DNA of 64,000 bases, taken from NCBI GenBank assembly GCA_963664875.1, contig OY761611.1, positions 3,763,815-3,827,814 of the forward strand. Direction: 5' to 3'. The position numbers were made by a program, and so were the translations under genes. Positions 10,857-21,230 of the stretch are shown piece by piece; positions within the stretch are counted from its first letter, which is position 1; the number at the start of each line of letters is the position of its first letter. The notes beneath the pieces were generated by a model. That model was not told the DNA's origin. It saw only the letters and a list, made by a program, of their open reading frames with translations, and ran no database searches. The DNA comes from Candidatus Kapaibacterium sp. (GTDB lineage Bacteria > Bacteroidota > Ignavibacteria > Kapaibacteriales > UBA2268).

Positions 10857-11726
10857 CTACAATACCTCTTGCTCTATAAAATGAGTGATCCAAAGTCCGG
10901 GCTTATTTGGCAAATCAAAAGTTACCCAATGCTTTGGATTATATCCTGAGTTGGCGTGCCAATAACCTGATTTCTTGCGTTTTTTTAGAATGTAATCCAA
11001 AGCAGCTCTGCATCTGTTGTCGCTTAGTTTCTCCTGCTTTTTCATTAGAGCCAGCAACTCTAAAATATTTGTTCTATAACTAAATGGGTAGGTCAGCTTG
11101 ATCATATAGTCTCTGATCGGTGAGCTATCAGTTTGTTTTTGGTATAGGTGGTGTGACAAAATGTATTCTAAACCCTGATTCAATTTTGCTGTTATGTCGG
11201 TATCACACTTACCTGATGCGACATAATCACTAAGAGCAATTACAGATTTGACTACTCCAATGTAGCAAGGAGTTCTTTTCAGACAAGCCCCGTATTTTTT
11301 GGAGCTGCTACCCTGCCATTTAGTCTGAAAGTTTCTTTCGAACCCCTGATGTTCAATTATCCATCTAATCCCTTTGTATAATTCTGGCAAGTCATTGTAG
11401 CCGGCTTTGATCAATACAGAACAAATCATAGCATTGTAGCAGGATAAAATATTATCCGGTTTTCCGGTGTAGGAAAATCCATCTCCGCAGGCACTTTTTT
11501 CTAAAAGATATTCCAAAAGCAATTTTGACTTAGGCAATTCAATAGCAAATGGTATTTCTAATACTTGAATAAGTCTGTTCATGACGTTTAATACATCATA
11601 TTCAAAGTCTGCTTCAAGCTTCGCCACAAGAGCTGATTGTTCCAGATACTCTAATGCATCAGAATAAGTAAAGATTTTGCCTTGATTTGCAAGCGTTTTA
11701 AGCTCAAATGCAGAATCTACTGACAT
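10857..11726 (-). CDS. Hypothetical protein, prenyltransferase/squalene-cyclase-like helical toroid family
   Basis: GIRWIIEHQ, GLEYILSHHLY, YPFSYRTNILELL, AALDYILKKR..GYW and KPGLWIT resemble QW-like repeats of this family; GAGG RBS upstream. Confidence 0.5.
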   Translation of the reverse strand: MSVDSAFELKTLANQGKIFTYSDALEYLEQSALVAKLEADFEYDVLNVMNRLIQVLEIPFAIELPKSKLLLEYLLEKSACGDGFSYTGKPDNILSCYNAMICSVLIKAGYNDLPELYKGIRWIIEHQGFERNFQTKWQGSSSKKYGACLKRTPCYIGVVKSVIALSDYVASGKCDTDITAKLNQGLEYILSHHLYQKQTDSSPIRDYMIKLTYPFSYRTNILELLALMKKQEKLSDNRCRAALDYILKKRKKSGYWHANSGYNPKHWVTFDLPNKPGLWITHFIEQEVL

Positions 11727-11737
11727 AAGGATACCTC

Positions 11738-12742
11738 TTATCTATCATAATTAGATAAAATGTTATTTGCCTTGATTTTGATTTCATTGATTAGTGCATC
11801 AGGTTTTCTGACAGTCAAAATATCTCCCCAACTCATAATCCATGAAATAAGATCCGGAGCTATGGGGCAGTGCATTTTTATTATGGTGATGCCGTTTTCA
11901 TTAATCATTTTTTGAGAAGGGTGGAAAGTTCGATTTTGAAAATAATGCTCAGAACCCATTCTAATTTCCAACTCGCAGTGATGCTTATCTCCATCAAATA
12001 CACCAAATCTGTCTTTTGTGAATTTATCAAATTTGAATTCCGGAATAGTAGCCGGTGGATTGTCAGCAATTTTGAGATCTAAAATACTTTCAAGTTTGAG
12101 TGACCTGTGTTTTTTGTATTTTGGTACATAATATGCGATATAGAGAGCACCTCTATAAGTAAATATTTTTTCCAAAAGAGCCATAAAATTCTTTGGGTCT
12201 TTATGCGGCACAGAGCGATATTTCACCCAAACGTATTCTTTTTTATTGATGTGGTCTATAACTTTTCTCAAAATATCATTGTGTTGGGAGTAGTCATACT
12301 GACCAACGTTCTGATCCCAAAAAAGACTATCAGAAGAAAATGGATTACCCGGAGCTATTTTTTCTAATTTCCTGACCAAATCTTTTACATTTTCATCTAT
12401 ATCTGTCCCTTTGAATGTTTTCAGGTGAGCTTTCAGAAGATAAAAGGACAATAACTCATTGGAGGAAAAATTCAAATCGTAAGTTATGTGCTTTTTGCGT
12501 GTAGGTATATATTCCGTAAATCGTCCATCTTTGTTTGATTCAATCAACTCAAGACTTTTCAAAAATTTCAAATATCTGATAATGGTTCTTTCAGAAATGT
12601 TATCCATCTCTATATCGCCGGATTCGACGTAAGCAGTCTGAATATCTTCAATACTAAGTCGCCTGTCTGATTTGTATGCATCTTTGATAAGTTCATACAA
12701 AAAAGTAACCTTATCGCCGTAGTCAGGTTTATTGCTCATCAC
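11738..12742 (-). CDS. WYL-domain transcriptional regulator (wHTH-WYL-WCX)
   Basis: N-terminal ISERTIIRYLKFL HTH; YRGALYIAYY...RSLKLESI WYL-like region; FHPSQK...LISWIMSWGDILTVRKPDAL WCX tail. Confidence 0.85.
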   Translation of the reverse strand: MMSNKPDYGDKVTFLYELIKDAYKSDRRLSIEDIQTAYVESGDIEMDNISERTIIRYLKFLKSLELIESNKDGRFTEYIPTRKKHITYDLNFSSNELLSFYLLKAHLKTFKGTDIDENVKDLVRKLEKIAPGNPFSSDSLFWDQNVGQYDYSQHNDILRKVIDHINKKEYVWVKYRSVPHKDPKNFMALLEKIFTYRGALYIAYYVPKYKKHRSLKLESILDLKIADNPPATIPEFKFDKFTKDRFGVFDGDKHHCELEIRMGSEHYFQNRTFHPSQKMINENGITIIKMHCPIAPDLISWIMSWGDILTVRKPDALINEIKIKANNILSNYDR

Positions 12743-12765
12743 ATTCTCCGGTTTTATTCATTAGA

Positions 12766-14583
12766 TTAAACTTTCCGATTCCTCAGTGCTGTGATTTTCT
12801 CCCGCACTTCCTCTGAATAAATAGACTGAGGAAATTCAGTAAGAATTTTTATCAATATCTTCTCAGCCTCATCATATTGCTTTTGAGATGATAGGAAATC
12901 AGCCTTCAAAAGAAGTATTTTGTCTATTATCAAAGAGGTTGTATTAGAAATTAAATAGTCATCTATCCTCTGTAGATATTTTTCAGGTTCTTTTGCCAGA
13001 GAAATTTCCAGTAGTTTAAGGTAAGCACTATTCGCTAAAGAAGAGCCGGAAGAAAGCATATAAGACTTTTCAAATCTGAGCATAGCCTCATCGGTTTTAT
13101 ACTGTTTTTCAGCCTTTAAACCCATAGCAAATTGTTTTAAAGCTTCAGTTTGCTCTTTGTTTTGAGAAATAAGATGATGCCTTTGTAGAGCATCATTTGC
13201 AATATTTACGTCTGCATAGCTTCCGAGTAATTTATAAAGCGAATCGGCTTTTTCTGTATTGCCTTCATAAAATTCAATTTCTGCTTCGAGGTATTGGGCA
13301 CGTAATGAAAAATCCCCACTTCCTCGGTTAAAAGTTTTTTGTAGCAAACTTAAAACGTTTTTTGCAGAATCCAAATTATCACTTCTTATGTGCAAGTCAG
13401 CCAATAATAAAAATGCTTCAGCTGCCTGAGTCGCACGCATAAACCGTTTATCGTTTACAATGGCAGAAATACTATATTTTGCATTCGCTTCATCATTTAA
13501 TTTATCATGGTATATTTCCGCAATTCTAAGCAAAGCATCTGCTGCAACAGAAGAGTTGTTGTAGTTTTCTATTATATTTCTATACTCTTTGATTATCCCA
13601 AGATATTGCTCTTTCGAAATTTGAGTACCTGAATTTTCGAGTTTTGAATCTAAAGTCTTTGCATAGTTGTAAAGAGCAGAAGAAAAGTAACGATTCTCCT
13701 TTGTATTGCCTTCATCAATTATAATTTGTAAGGCTTCTAATGCAATATCGTACTCGCCGTCGTTTCTTGCTACAATCGAAAAATTATATATCTCTCTGCC
13801 TCCGGCATTGCTAAGCTCATCAATTTTCTTAATTATCTCGAGAGACTCACCGGATTGTCCGCTTTCTCGTAAGTACCAGCTGTAAATCTGCAAAATCTGT
13901 AAATCGTTTTGCTGCTTTTGATAGAGATTTTTCAGGAACTGAGATAAATATTCTTTAGCCTCTTTGTTTTCCATCAGAGCGAATATTCTGCCTTGTGCCT
14001 GTTCCGGTCGCTTCGTCAGGTATAGCAGCTTGATTATCTCTTCTATTCCGTTTTTGTAGTCATTAGTTGCTATATACATTTTGGATAGCTCATCAGCAAA
14101 TAAATTACTGTCTGATAGTCGTTCTCTTCCGGCAAGTAAAGTCTGAACTGCTTCTTTGTAAAGTCCAAGTTTATTTTGAATATTGCTTAGATTGCTGTAA
14201 GTAGAAGCCTCTTTTGGATATTTCGACTTGCCTACATTCCAAAAATGCTTAGCAGAATCAGCTTTGCCTTGTACATAATACAATTCACCGAGTAAACCAT
14301 AAATCGAAAAATCTTTTGAATATTTCTCATGTTGCAATGATTTTTCGAGTAGCTCTGCGAATCTGTTTTCTCTGTATAATATCTGTTTAATGCCATTAAA
14401 AGCGTTTTCTGATGCAGGATTTGCATCAAAAACCTGAGTATATACCCTGAGAGCATTTTCAACATCTCCGCCATTGAGATAGGAATCTGCTAATCTTAGT
14501 TTGTTTGTTTCTATATTCTGTGAGTATCCAAAAGTTCCTGCAAGTAGCAAGAAAAAAGCTATTATTTGAATTTTGTATTGCAT
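12766..14583 (-). CDS. Exported tetratricopeptide-repeat protein
   Basis: Signal peptide MQYKIQIIAFFLLLAGTFGYSQ from ATG 14583; many TPR-like helical pairs; C-terminal ILTEFPQSIYSEEVR. Confidence 0.75.
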   Translation of the reverse strand: MQYKIQIIAFFLLLAGTFGYSQNIETNKLRLADSYLNGGDVENALRVYTQVFDANPASENAFNGIKQILYRENRFAELLEKSLQHEKYSKDFSIYGLLGELYYVQGKADSAKHFWNVGKSKYPKEASTYSNLSNIQNKLGLYKEAVQTLLAGRERLSDSNLFADELSKMYIATNDYKNGIEEIIKLLYLTKRPEQAQGRIFALMENKEAKEYLSQFLKNLYQKQQNDLQILQIYSWYLRESGQSGESLEIIKKIDELSNAGGREIYNFSIVARNDGEYDIALEALQIIIDEGNTKENRYFSSALYNYAKTLDSKLENSGTQISKEQYLGIIKEYRNIIENYNNSSVAADALLRIAEIYHDKLNDEANAKYSISAIVNDKRFMRATQAAEAFLLLADLHIRSDNLDSAKNVLSLLQKTFNRGSGDFSLRAQYLEAEIEFYEGNTEKADSLYKLLGSYADVNIANDALQRHHLISQNKEQTEALKQFAMGLKAEKQYKTDEAMLRFEKSYMLSSGSSLANSAYLKLLEISLAKEPEKYLQRIDDYLISNTTSLIIDKILLLKADFLSSQKQYDEAEKILIKILTEFPQSIYSEEVREKITALRNRKV

Positions 14584-14922
14584 TCTTTCTTTTTCGTATA
14601 TATGTTCAATAGTACAACTTATAAATATAACACAAATTCCCGAGTTATTATAAATATGCAAAGTAACCTGGCAAATTTAGCGTCCGAGAGTCAAGCCATT
14701 TTAGCACTAAAATCAAAACGTTTCCAATCTGAGCTGACAATTGTTGCAATTACGCTTTGAGACTTTTGAGTTTGGTCTTGTTTCCAATTCCGAATTTTTG
14801 CAATATTTATATTAATCATAACAAATTCTGCTTATATTAGGATAATTATTTTTGCAAATAACACAATTATAGACGTAGATTATTATATAATAGATTTCAA
14901 GGCTTAGCAAAAAGAGTCAACT

Positions 14923-16176
14923 ATGAAGTTTTTCAAGTATTTTGTTATTACGTTTTTTTCTTTTATTGGTTTGATAATCATAGCAAGTTTCTTTCTTCCG
15001 GGTAGTCTCGACATAGAAGTTACCGCTAATATCAAAATCAAAAAGAAACATATCTATAAATTCCTGTCCGATATTAACAATATTGACAAATGGAGTATGT
15101 GGGGCTCTTACAATGACAGTACATTGACTTTTACTGCTTCTGTAAATAAACAAAACAAACTACCTGAATACAAATGGGAAGCTGAGTTACTTGGCGAAGG
15201 CTCAATTACTATAACTGATGTCAGACCGGACACTTTGATGTTTTTGACAAAGATATATGAAGACGAATTTGAATTGTATGGTTTTATTTCGCTCAAGCAA
15301 ATTGGCAATGAAACCATCATTTACAGGCGACAAACCATTGATCTTGGTTCTAATCCTGTTTATAAAGTAGTTGGTTACTTAATGAAAAACTACATCAAAA
15401 CGGATTTGGAAAGCGAATTACTCAAAATAAAGGAAATTATGGAAAACATGAAACCATTATCTCACAACATCAAAATACTTTATGACAACACAGCCCAAGG
15501 CGAAAAATACAAATACGGCTGGGGATTTTCCTGCCTTGTAAATGACTCTCTATTATTTGACACAGGAGAGGACTTTGAAAAATTGCAATATAACATAAAT
15601 GAAATGGGCATAGATTTATCCAAAATCAAAATTTTAGTGATTAGCCATGACCATTGGGACCATACAGGAGGTCTAAAAGGTTTGCTCCCATTGCTTACAA
15701 ATTTAGAACATATCTATCTGCCTGAAAACCCGGGTTTAGAGCTGAAAAATGCTACGTCGGACAAAGCTGTAACCGGAAACTCAGAATATAGAGTCTTATC
15801 TGATGTTATGACTCTTAGCAAAAGTTTTAAGACTTCCTACAAAGGACAAACTTTATACGAACAAGCTCTATTGCTGAAAACGGAAGATTCTACTTATACT
15901 CTAATTGCAGGTTGTGCTCATCCCGGAATTGATATTATGGCAGATGCAATTAAAAAAGATTTAGGCATAGAAATTAAAACTGTAATGGGTGGTTTTCATC
16001 TTTCTCATTCAAAAGAAGAAGATATTTTGTCTCTAACCGATAATCTAAAAGCAATCGGCATTAGACGGGTAGCTCCTACGCATTGCTCAGGAAAGAAAGC
16101 AAAAGATATTTTCAGAAATGCTTTCGAGGAAGAATTTATAAGTATTTATACAGGTAAAGAGGTAGAAATAGATTAG
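14923..16176 (+). CDS. Membrane-anchored SRPBCC-like domain fused to MBL-fold metallo-hydrolase
   Basis: N-terminal TM then SRPBCC-like W..W..W pattern; C-terminal ILYDN, LFDTG, SHDHWDHTGG, GCAHPG, GGFHL, PTHCSG. Confidence 0.75.
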   Translation: MKFFKYFVITFFSFIGLIIIASFFLPGSLDIEVTANIKIKKKHIYKFLSDINNIDKWSMWGSYNDSTLTFTASVNKQNKLPEYKWEAELLGEGSITITDVRPDTLMFLTKIYEDEFELYGFISLKQIGNETIIYRRQTIDLGSNPVYKVVGYLMKNYIKTDLESELLKIKEIMENMKPLSHNIKILYDNTAQGEKYKYGWGFSCLVNDSLLFDTGEDFEKLQYNINEMGIDLSKIKILVISHDHWDHTGGLKGLLPLLTNLEHIYLPENPGLELKNATSDKAVTGNSEYRVLSDVMTLSKSFKTSYKGQTLYEQALLLKTEDSTYTLIAGCAHPGIDIMADAIKKDLGIEIKTVMGGFHLSHSKEEDILSLTDNLKAIGIRRVAPTHCSGKKAKDIFRNAFEEEFISIYTGKEVEID

Positions 16177-16177
16177 C

Positions 16178-17344
16178 ATGAGTGTTCGTAAGTTTGAATT
16201 GTCGAATGTACTAACTGTCATGCTTAATCACTTTACTCATGACTTTTTTCCGGCTACAATTCCGGTATTAGTGCCCATTCTCTTAAAAAAATATGATTTG
16301 AGTTTGCAGCTGAGTGCACTTTTTATTATTATGATCAGAATGCCCTCAGTTTTGAATCCGATAATAGGAGCTTATGCAGATAGGTTCAAACTTAGATACA
16401 TTGTGATATTTGCACCGATAGTTTCAGCATTATTTATCAATGCAGTATATTATTCTCCAAGCTACTATCTTACCCTTTTTTTGTTATTGATGACCGGAAT
16501 TTCTTCTACCCTTTATCATATACCGGCTCCTGTAATGATGAAACACTTTGCCGGAGATAAATTAGGCACAGGCATGAGTCTCTTTATGGTTGGTGGTGAA
16601 ATGGCAAGAGCCCTGGGGCCGCTTATCCTTTCCGCAATACTTGAATATTACTATCTTGGCACAGCGTCGCTACTTTTAGTAGGAGTAGTGTTGCTGACTA
16701 TGCTCTTCTGGAATAGATTCAATACAGAATCAATAGCAGAGGACTACTCTCCAAAACAAACTAAAAACAATGGCATCAAAGATGTCCTGAAAAGGAACAA
16801 AAAGCTATACCTCGTATTGGCTGTTATCATTTTAGCTAAAACTTTTTTTACTGCATCTTTGAGTGCATTTCTTCCTACATTTCTGACGTTCAAAGGAGTC
16901 GGTATAGCCAAAGCCGGATTTGCTCTTGCTGTACTGGAAATTGCCGGGGCAGCCGGGACATTTTTAGCGGGCTCACTATCCGATAAGTTTGGTCGATTCT
17001 TAGTGCTAAAAATATCTGTAATTATAGCACCGCTTCTATATGTAGTCTTTCTATTGTCGCCCGGTGCATGGGTATTGGCATTATTAGTTCTTTTAGGGCT
17101 CACTGTCTTTGCAGTAAATCCAATTATAATGGCACTTATACAGGAGAACGAAAAAGACTATCCTGCAGCTGCTAACAGCATATATATGACCATGAATTTT
17201 GCATTCAGCTTCAGCATCTTATATTTGATTGGATTGATTGGAGACATTTGGAGTTTAGAAACAGCATACACCGTTTGTTCAGTAGTCGGGTTCTCTTCCA
17301 TTCCTTTCGTTTTTATCTTGCCAAAGATAAAAATCAAAAACTAA
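16178..17344 (+). CDS. MFS transporter (Fsr-like)
   Basis: About 12 hydrophobic segments; HFTHDFF, GAYADRF, YHIPA, GMSLFMVGG, GSLSDKFGR. Confidence 0.85.
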   Translation: MSVRKFELSNVLTVMLNHFTHDFFPATIPVLVPILLKKYDLSLQLSALFIIMIRMPSVLNPIIGAYADRFKLRYIVIFAPIVSALFINAVYYSPSYYLTLFLLLMTGISSTLYHIPAPVMMKHFAGDKLGTGMSLFMVGGEMARALGPLILSAILEYYYLGTASLLLVGVVLLTMLFWNRFNTESIAEDYSPKQTKNNGIKDVLKRNKKLYLVLAVIILAKTFFTASLSAFLPTFLTFKGVGIAKAGFALAVLEIAGAAGTFLAGSLSDKFGRFLVLKISVIIAPLLYVVFLLSPGAWVLALLVLLGLTVFAVNPIIMALIQENEKDYPAAANSIYMTMNFAFSFSILYLIGLIGDIWSLETAYTVCSVVGFSSIPFVFILPKIKIKN

Positions 17345-17406
17345 ATTGTATCAATTTTCCTATGCAAAATAAATCTCAGTAGATTCCATGCTCAATGAAA
17401 AAACTC

Positions 17407-17447
17407 AAAAAAAAACCGATATTCTTTAGGGTAAGAATACCGGTTTT
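17407..17447. terminator. Probable bidirectional terminator between convergent genes
   Basis: A-run-AAAACCGATATTCTT...AAGAATACCGGTTTT imperfect hairpin. Confidence 0.55.
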
Positions 17448-17474
17448 GTGTGCTGTGCTGTAAAAATTAGAGGT

Positions 17475-18161
17475 CTAATCGTCCAAATCTGCAGGGGATG
17501 TGCCGTCCCACAATAAAAATCTTTCAGGTTGATTTGTCATAAGGCATTCGCCGTTATTGCCTTTTCTGTCCATTCTACCGTGACCTTTGTGTCCTTTACC
17601 TTTGCCTTTTTTGCGATCTTTTCTAAATTCGCTTCTAAATTCATCTCTCATTTCATTTCTAAGTTTTTGCATTTTTTCACGAGCGGCTCTAAGCTCCGGC
17701 TCGAAAGATTCGTGCACAATAGAAAGTTCTTTTTCATATTTTTCTGCTATAGGTTCCAATTCGTCCTGTATTTTTTGTATTTCTGCTCTGTGAGCTTTTG
17801 CTTTGGCTCTGCGTTCTTTTCTTTCTGTGCAAAAGCAGCTGTCAGGATTTGCTTTTACCATATCTCGGTAGGCTTGTCTTTCAGCTCTGTGAGTTTCTCT
17901 AAGTTTTGTGGCTTTAGCTCGTAAATCATTTAATTTTGCCAAATCGTCTTTACTGATAGCTCTGTCAAATTGTTCTTTCATTTTTTTGAGAATAGGTTCG
18001 ATTTCTTTCTGTCTGAATTCCTGCATTTTTTCTCTTTGAGCCTGACGGAATTCTTGTCTTGCATTAGTTGAATTTTCATTACTGTCTTGTGCTTGGATGC
18101 CGGTAATGCCGGTGAATAAAACAGCTACAAGTATGACAAAGAATTTTACTGATTTTAACAT
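17475..18161 (-). CDS. Exported helical, highly charged protein (Spy/CpxP-like)
   Basis: Signal peptide ending IQA-Q; coiled-coil R/E/K-rich body; GGGAG RBS. Confidence 0.5.
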   Translation of the reverse strand: MLKSVKFFVILVAVLFTGITGIQAQDSNENSTNARQEFRQAQREKMQEFRQKEIEPILKKMKEQFDRAISKDDLAKLNDLRAKATKLRETHRAERQAYRDMVKANPDSCFCTERKERRAKAKAHRAEIQKIQDELEPIAEKYEKELSIVHESFEPELRAAREKMQKLRNEMRDEFRSEFRKDRKKGKGKGHKGHGRMDRKGNNGECLMTNQPERFLLWDGTSPADLDD

Positions 18162-18258
18162 GGTGTTTCTCCCTTTTATAATATTGAGTTGTTTATCTTG
18201 TTTCTATAGCTTAGACCAACTGTGCAAAAAAAGGTTTAAAAAATTATTCCTGCACAAT

Positions 18259-18297
18259 AAAAAAACAGTTATAGCTTAGCTCTAAGGTATAACTGTT
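18259..18297 (-). terminator. Terminator of the NSS transporter unit
   Basis: AACAGTTATAGCTTAG-CT-CTAAGGTATAACTGTT hairpin with a T run on the minus strand. Confidence 0.7.
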
Positions 18298-18331
18298 ATG
18301 AAGGTTTATATTATTCTTATTGGAAGCGGTT

Positions 18332-18451
18332 TTACTCCTTCAAATTTCTATTGCCACGCATTACTTTGTAGAAACAGTAAACAACTAAAGCAGTAACACT
18401 TGTCCAAGCGAGCGTTACAAATATTAAACCTGAGCTAGTCAATTCGTACAT
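18332..18451 (-). CDS. 39-aa single-TM protein, probable small subunit of the NSS transporter (MetS-like)
   Basis: Absent from the ORF track. TAATG overlap with the transporter stop; MYELTSSGLIFVTLAWTSVTALVVYCFYKVMRGNRNLKE*; followed by the terminator. Confidence 0.7.
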   Translation of the reverse strand: MYELTSSGLIFVTLAWTSVTALVVYCFYKVMRGNRNLKE

Positions 18452-20019
18452 TATATTTTTTCCTTAGAGTAGTCAAACAAATGTCCGTTTTTGTCCCAAG
18501 CTTTTTTTACCATGAATACAAGTACTGCAAATACGCCAACCATAAAGGCTCTTGCCAGCCATCTGTATGGGACTGCCTCTTCTGCTACTCCTTCCATAAA
18601 TAAAGTAGGCACAGCTTCTTGGATAGTCCAAAATATTAGGATAAAGAACAGATAGACAGGTGTTACATATTTTATGATATGGTAGAAAAAACGAGGAATT
18701 TTAATATCAGAACCATGATTAAGCTCAGCCCATGCATTATCCATTCCGAACATCCAAGCAAATACAATTACTTCGAGAAGCGCGACTATGACAAGTGCAA
18801 AAGTGCCTGCCCAGTAATCTAATTCATCAAGGAATCCAAATTTTAAGAAAAATACAACTAAATGGACTGAGAAGAAAATTAGCGAACCTATCCAGATAGT
18901 AGCTTTTTTGTGAGAGAAATTGAACTGTTCCTTTAAGAATGAAATCAGTGGTTGAGCCATTGCTACCGAAGATGTAATTCCGGCAAAGAATAAAAGGAAA
19001 AACCACATAAAACCGATAATTTTTCCCATAGGGATTTGTTTAAATATGATAGGCATAGAGACAAAACCAAGATCGTAAGAACCTGCCTGTGCAATTACTT
19101 TGGTCATATCAACACCAAAAAAGGCTACTGCAATCGGTATTGCAATTGAAGCACCGATAACTATTTCGACAAACTCGTTTAGTGCAGCTGTAGATAAACC
19201 GGAAAGAGCTATGTCATTATCTCTTCTCAGATAGCTTGCATACGCGTGTAAAGTGCCCATGCCTACGCTAAGAGTAAAGAATACCTGACCTGCTGCTTCC
19301 AGCCATATTTTAGAATTGCCCAATTCTGTGAAGTTTGGATTCCAGATAAAAGCGAAACCTGACCAGACGGAATTTTCAGGATGTGCAGGGTCTGGCGTGC
19401 CTATAGTAAATACCCAAATAGCAAGGAAAAGTCCGAAGAAGAGCAATAAAGGCATTGCAATTTTTGCAAATTTTTCGATACCTTTTGTGATTCCTTTACC
19501 AAGGACATAGAAATTAAGAGCCATTGTAATAAGCAAAAAGATATAGGCAGGCAAAATATCAGAAAAATAGCCTTCGGAAACTCCCTGGTAGCTGGTAAGA
19601 AAGCCTTTCATGTGGCTCATATCGTTTATACCGAAATATTCACCCGTAAGTGAGAAAAAGGAAAATCCGAGAGTCCACGATTCAATATAAGTATAGTAAA
19701 TGACTATAATCGTGGATACAAATAACCCGAAGACACCTAAATACTTCGAAATTGGGTGCTGCCACATAGAGTCAAACATACCGGGCAAGCTACCATGTCT
19801 GTATTTCCCGCCGTGTCTGCCGATAGACCATTCTATCCACATAAGAGGAATTGCCAGCAACACAAAGGCTACAAAATACGGAATCATAAAAGCACCGCCA
19901 CCATTTTGAGCAGCTTTGACAGGGAATCTTAAAAAATTGCCCAGTCCGACGGCATTTCCTGCCATCGCTAAAATTAATCCTATTCGCGAACCCCATTGTT
20001 CTCTGTTTTCCATACGCAA
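18451..20019 (-). CDS. Sodium-dependent amino-acid transporter, NSS/LeuT family
   Basis: REQWGSRIGLILAMAGNAVGLGNFLRFP, GGGAFMIPY, AAGQVFFTLSVGMG, FAGITSS. Confidence 0.93.
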   Translation of the reverse strand: MRMENREQWGSRIGLILAMAGNAVGLGNFLRFPVKAAQNGGGAFMIPYFVAFVLLAIPLMWIEWSIGRHGGKYRHGSLPGMFDSMWQHPISKYLGVFGLFVSTIIVIYYTYIESWTLGFSFFSLTGEYFGINDMSHMKGFLTSYQGVSEGYFSDILPAYIFLLITMALNFYVLGKGITKGIEKFAKIAMPLLLFFGLFLAIWVFTIGTPDPAHPENSVWSGFAFIWNPNFTELGNSKIWLEAAGQVFFTLSVGMGTLHAYASYLRRDNDIALSGLSTAALNEFVEIVIGASIAIPIAVAFFGVDMTKVIAQAGSYDLGFVSMPIIFKQIPMGKIIGFMWFFLLFFAGITSSVAMAQPLISFLKEQFNFSHKKATIWIGSLIFFSVHLVVFFLKFGFLDELDYWAGTFALVIVALLEVIVFAWMFGMDNAWAELNHGSDIKIPRFFYHIIKYVTPVYLFFILIFWTIQEAVPTLFMEGVAEEAVPYRWLARAFMVGVFAVLVFMVKKAWDKNGHLFDYSKEKI

Positions 20020-20531
20020 ACCCTATTTCTAATTATAGCAATTATTTAGAGAAATATTTCTCGATTAAATTCTGTAATCAAATGTTGGAATATTTAGTCC
20101 TTTTCATCAAAATACAAAATATTTTCCAATTATTATAATAGTCTTAAAGAGATTGCAAGTTGCGAAGCTTGTAAATTATTGAATAATAATACTTTATGAA
20201 TTTATGGGCGTGCAAATTTTGTGTATATTAACCTTTGCAAGATAGGGAATAAGCATATTGCTTGAGCTAAAGACAAAAAAGTATAGTCAAGACTTAACTA
20301 TGATTATTACAATAAGAAAGTATAATTTATATATGAACGGCAAAATCAGTTTGCCAATGAGTAAAATATTTGCATAATTAAGATAATATTTAAATTTCTG
20401 TTTTGAGAAATTACAATATTGAAATATTGGAATAAAGCAGCTCAAAGACGAATGAGTTAACTGTTTTATTGCAAATATGTGAAAACTGTTTCTTCGGATA
20501 ATTATTTTTTATCACTAATCCTTTTGGTGCT

Positions 20532-21230
20532 ATGGGAGTATTATCTTTCCTCAAATCCACCATTTTAAGCAAAGTGGTGATGGCGCTGACCGGTCTAATC
20601 CTTGTATTATTCATCGTAGGTCATACTATTGGCAACCTTCAGATTTTCTTAGGAGCTGAAGTGTTCAATACGTATGCTGCGTTTTTGCAGGGGTTGGGCG
20701 AATTGCTTTGGGCAATTCGAGGTGGCTTGCTTATAGCATTGATTCTGCATGTTTACACTTCAATTAGATTGAAGCTGTTAAACAGCGGAGCAAAACCTCA
20801 AGCCTATCAGGTAAAACGTTACATCAAATCTTCTTTCGGAGGTCGTACTATGATCTGGACCGGTTTGATGATTTTTGCCTTTTTGGTTTACCACATTCTA
20901 CACTTCACAGTTGGTTCTGTGCAACCTGAGCATTTCCATTATGTAGAAAACTTCGGCCCGAACGGTATGTTCGAGCGTCATGATGTTTTCAAAATGGTAA
21001 TTCTTGGTTTCCGTGATCCATTGGTATCAGGATTTTATGTCCTTGGTGTAGTGCTTTTAGGTTTCCACCTTTCTCACGCAGTACAGTCTATGTTCCAAAC
21101 ATTAGGCTTTAACAATCCGAAATATTTCGGAACTATCGAAAAAGCTAGCGGCATTTTTGGTGTTGCGATTGCTTTGGCTTTGATTTCAATTCCGGTTAGT
21201 ATTTTTTTAGGCTTCGGAGGTAACTTATGA
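20532..21230 (+). CDS. sdhC: Succinate dehydrogenase/fumarate reductase cytochrome b subunit
   Basis: KVVMALTG...HTIGNL, TM helices with His ligands (LILH, YHILHF, FHLSH); overlaps the flavoprotein start. Confidence 0.9.
   Translation: MGVLSFLKSTILSKVVMALTGLILVLFIVGHTIGNLQIFLGAEVFNTYAAFLQGLGELLWAIRGGLLIALILHVYTSIRLKLLNSGAKPQAYQVKRYIKSSFGGRTMIWTGLMIFAFLVYHILHFTVGSVQPEHFHYVENFGPNGMFERHDVFKMVILGFRDPLVSGFYVLGVVLLGFHLSHAVQSMFQTLGFNNPKYFGTIEKASGIFGVAIALALISIPVSIFLGFGGNL

Noticed and set aside
14650-14790. Minus-strand frame SAKMA*LSDAKFARL resembling an AraC HTH remnant
   Set aside because: Too short, contains a stop, and could be chance.
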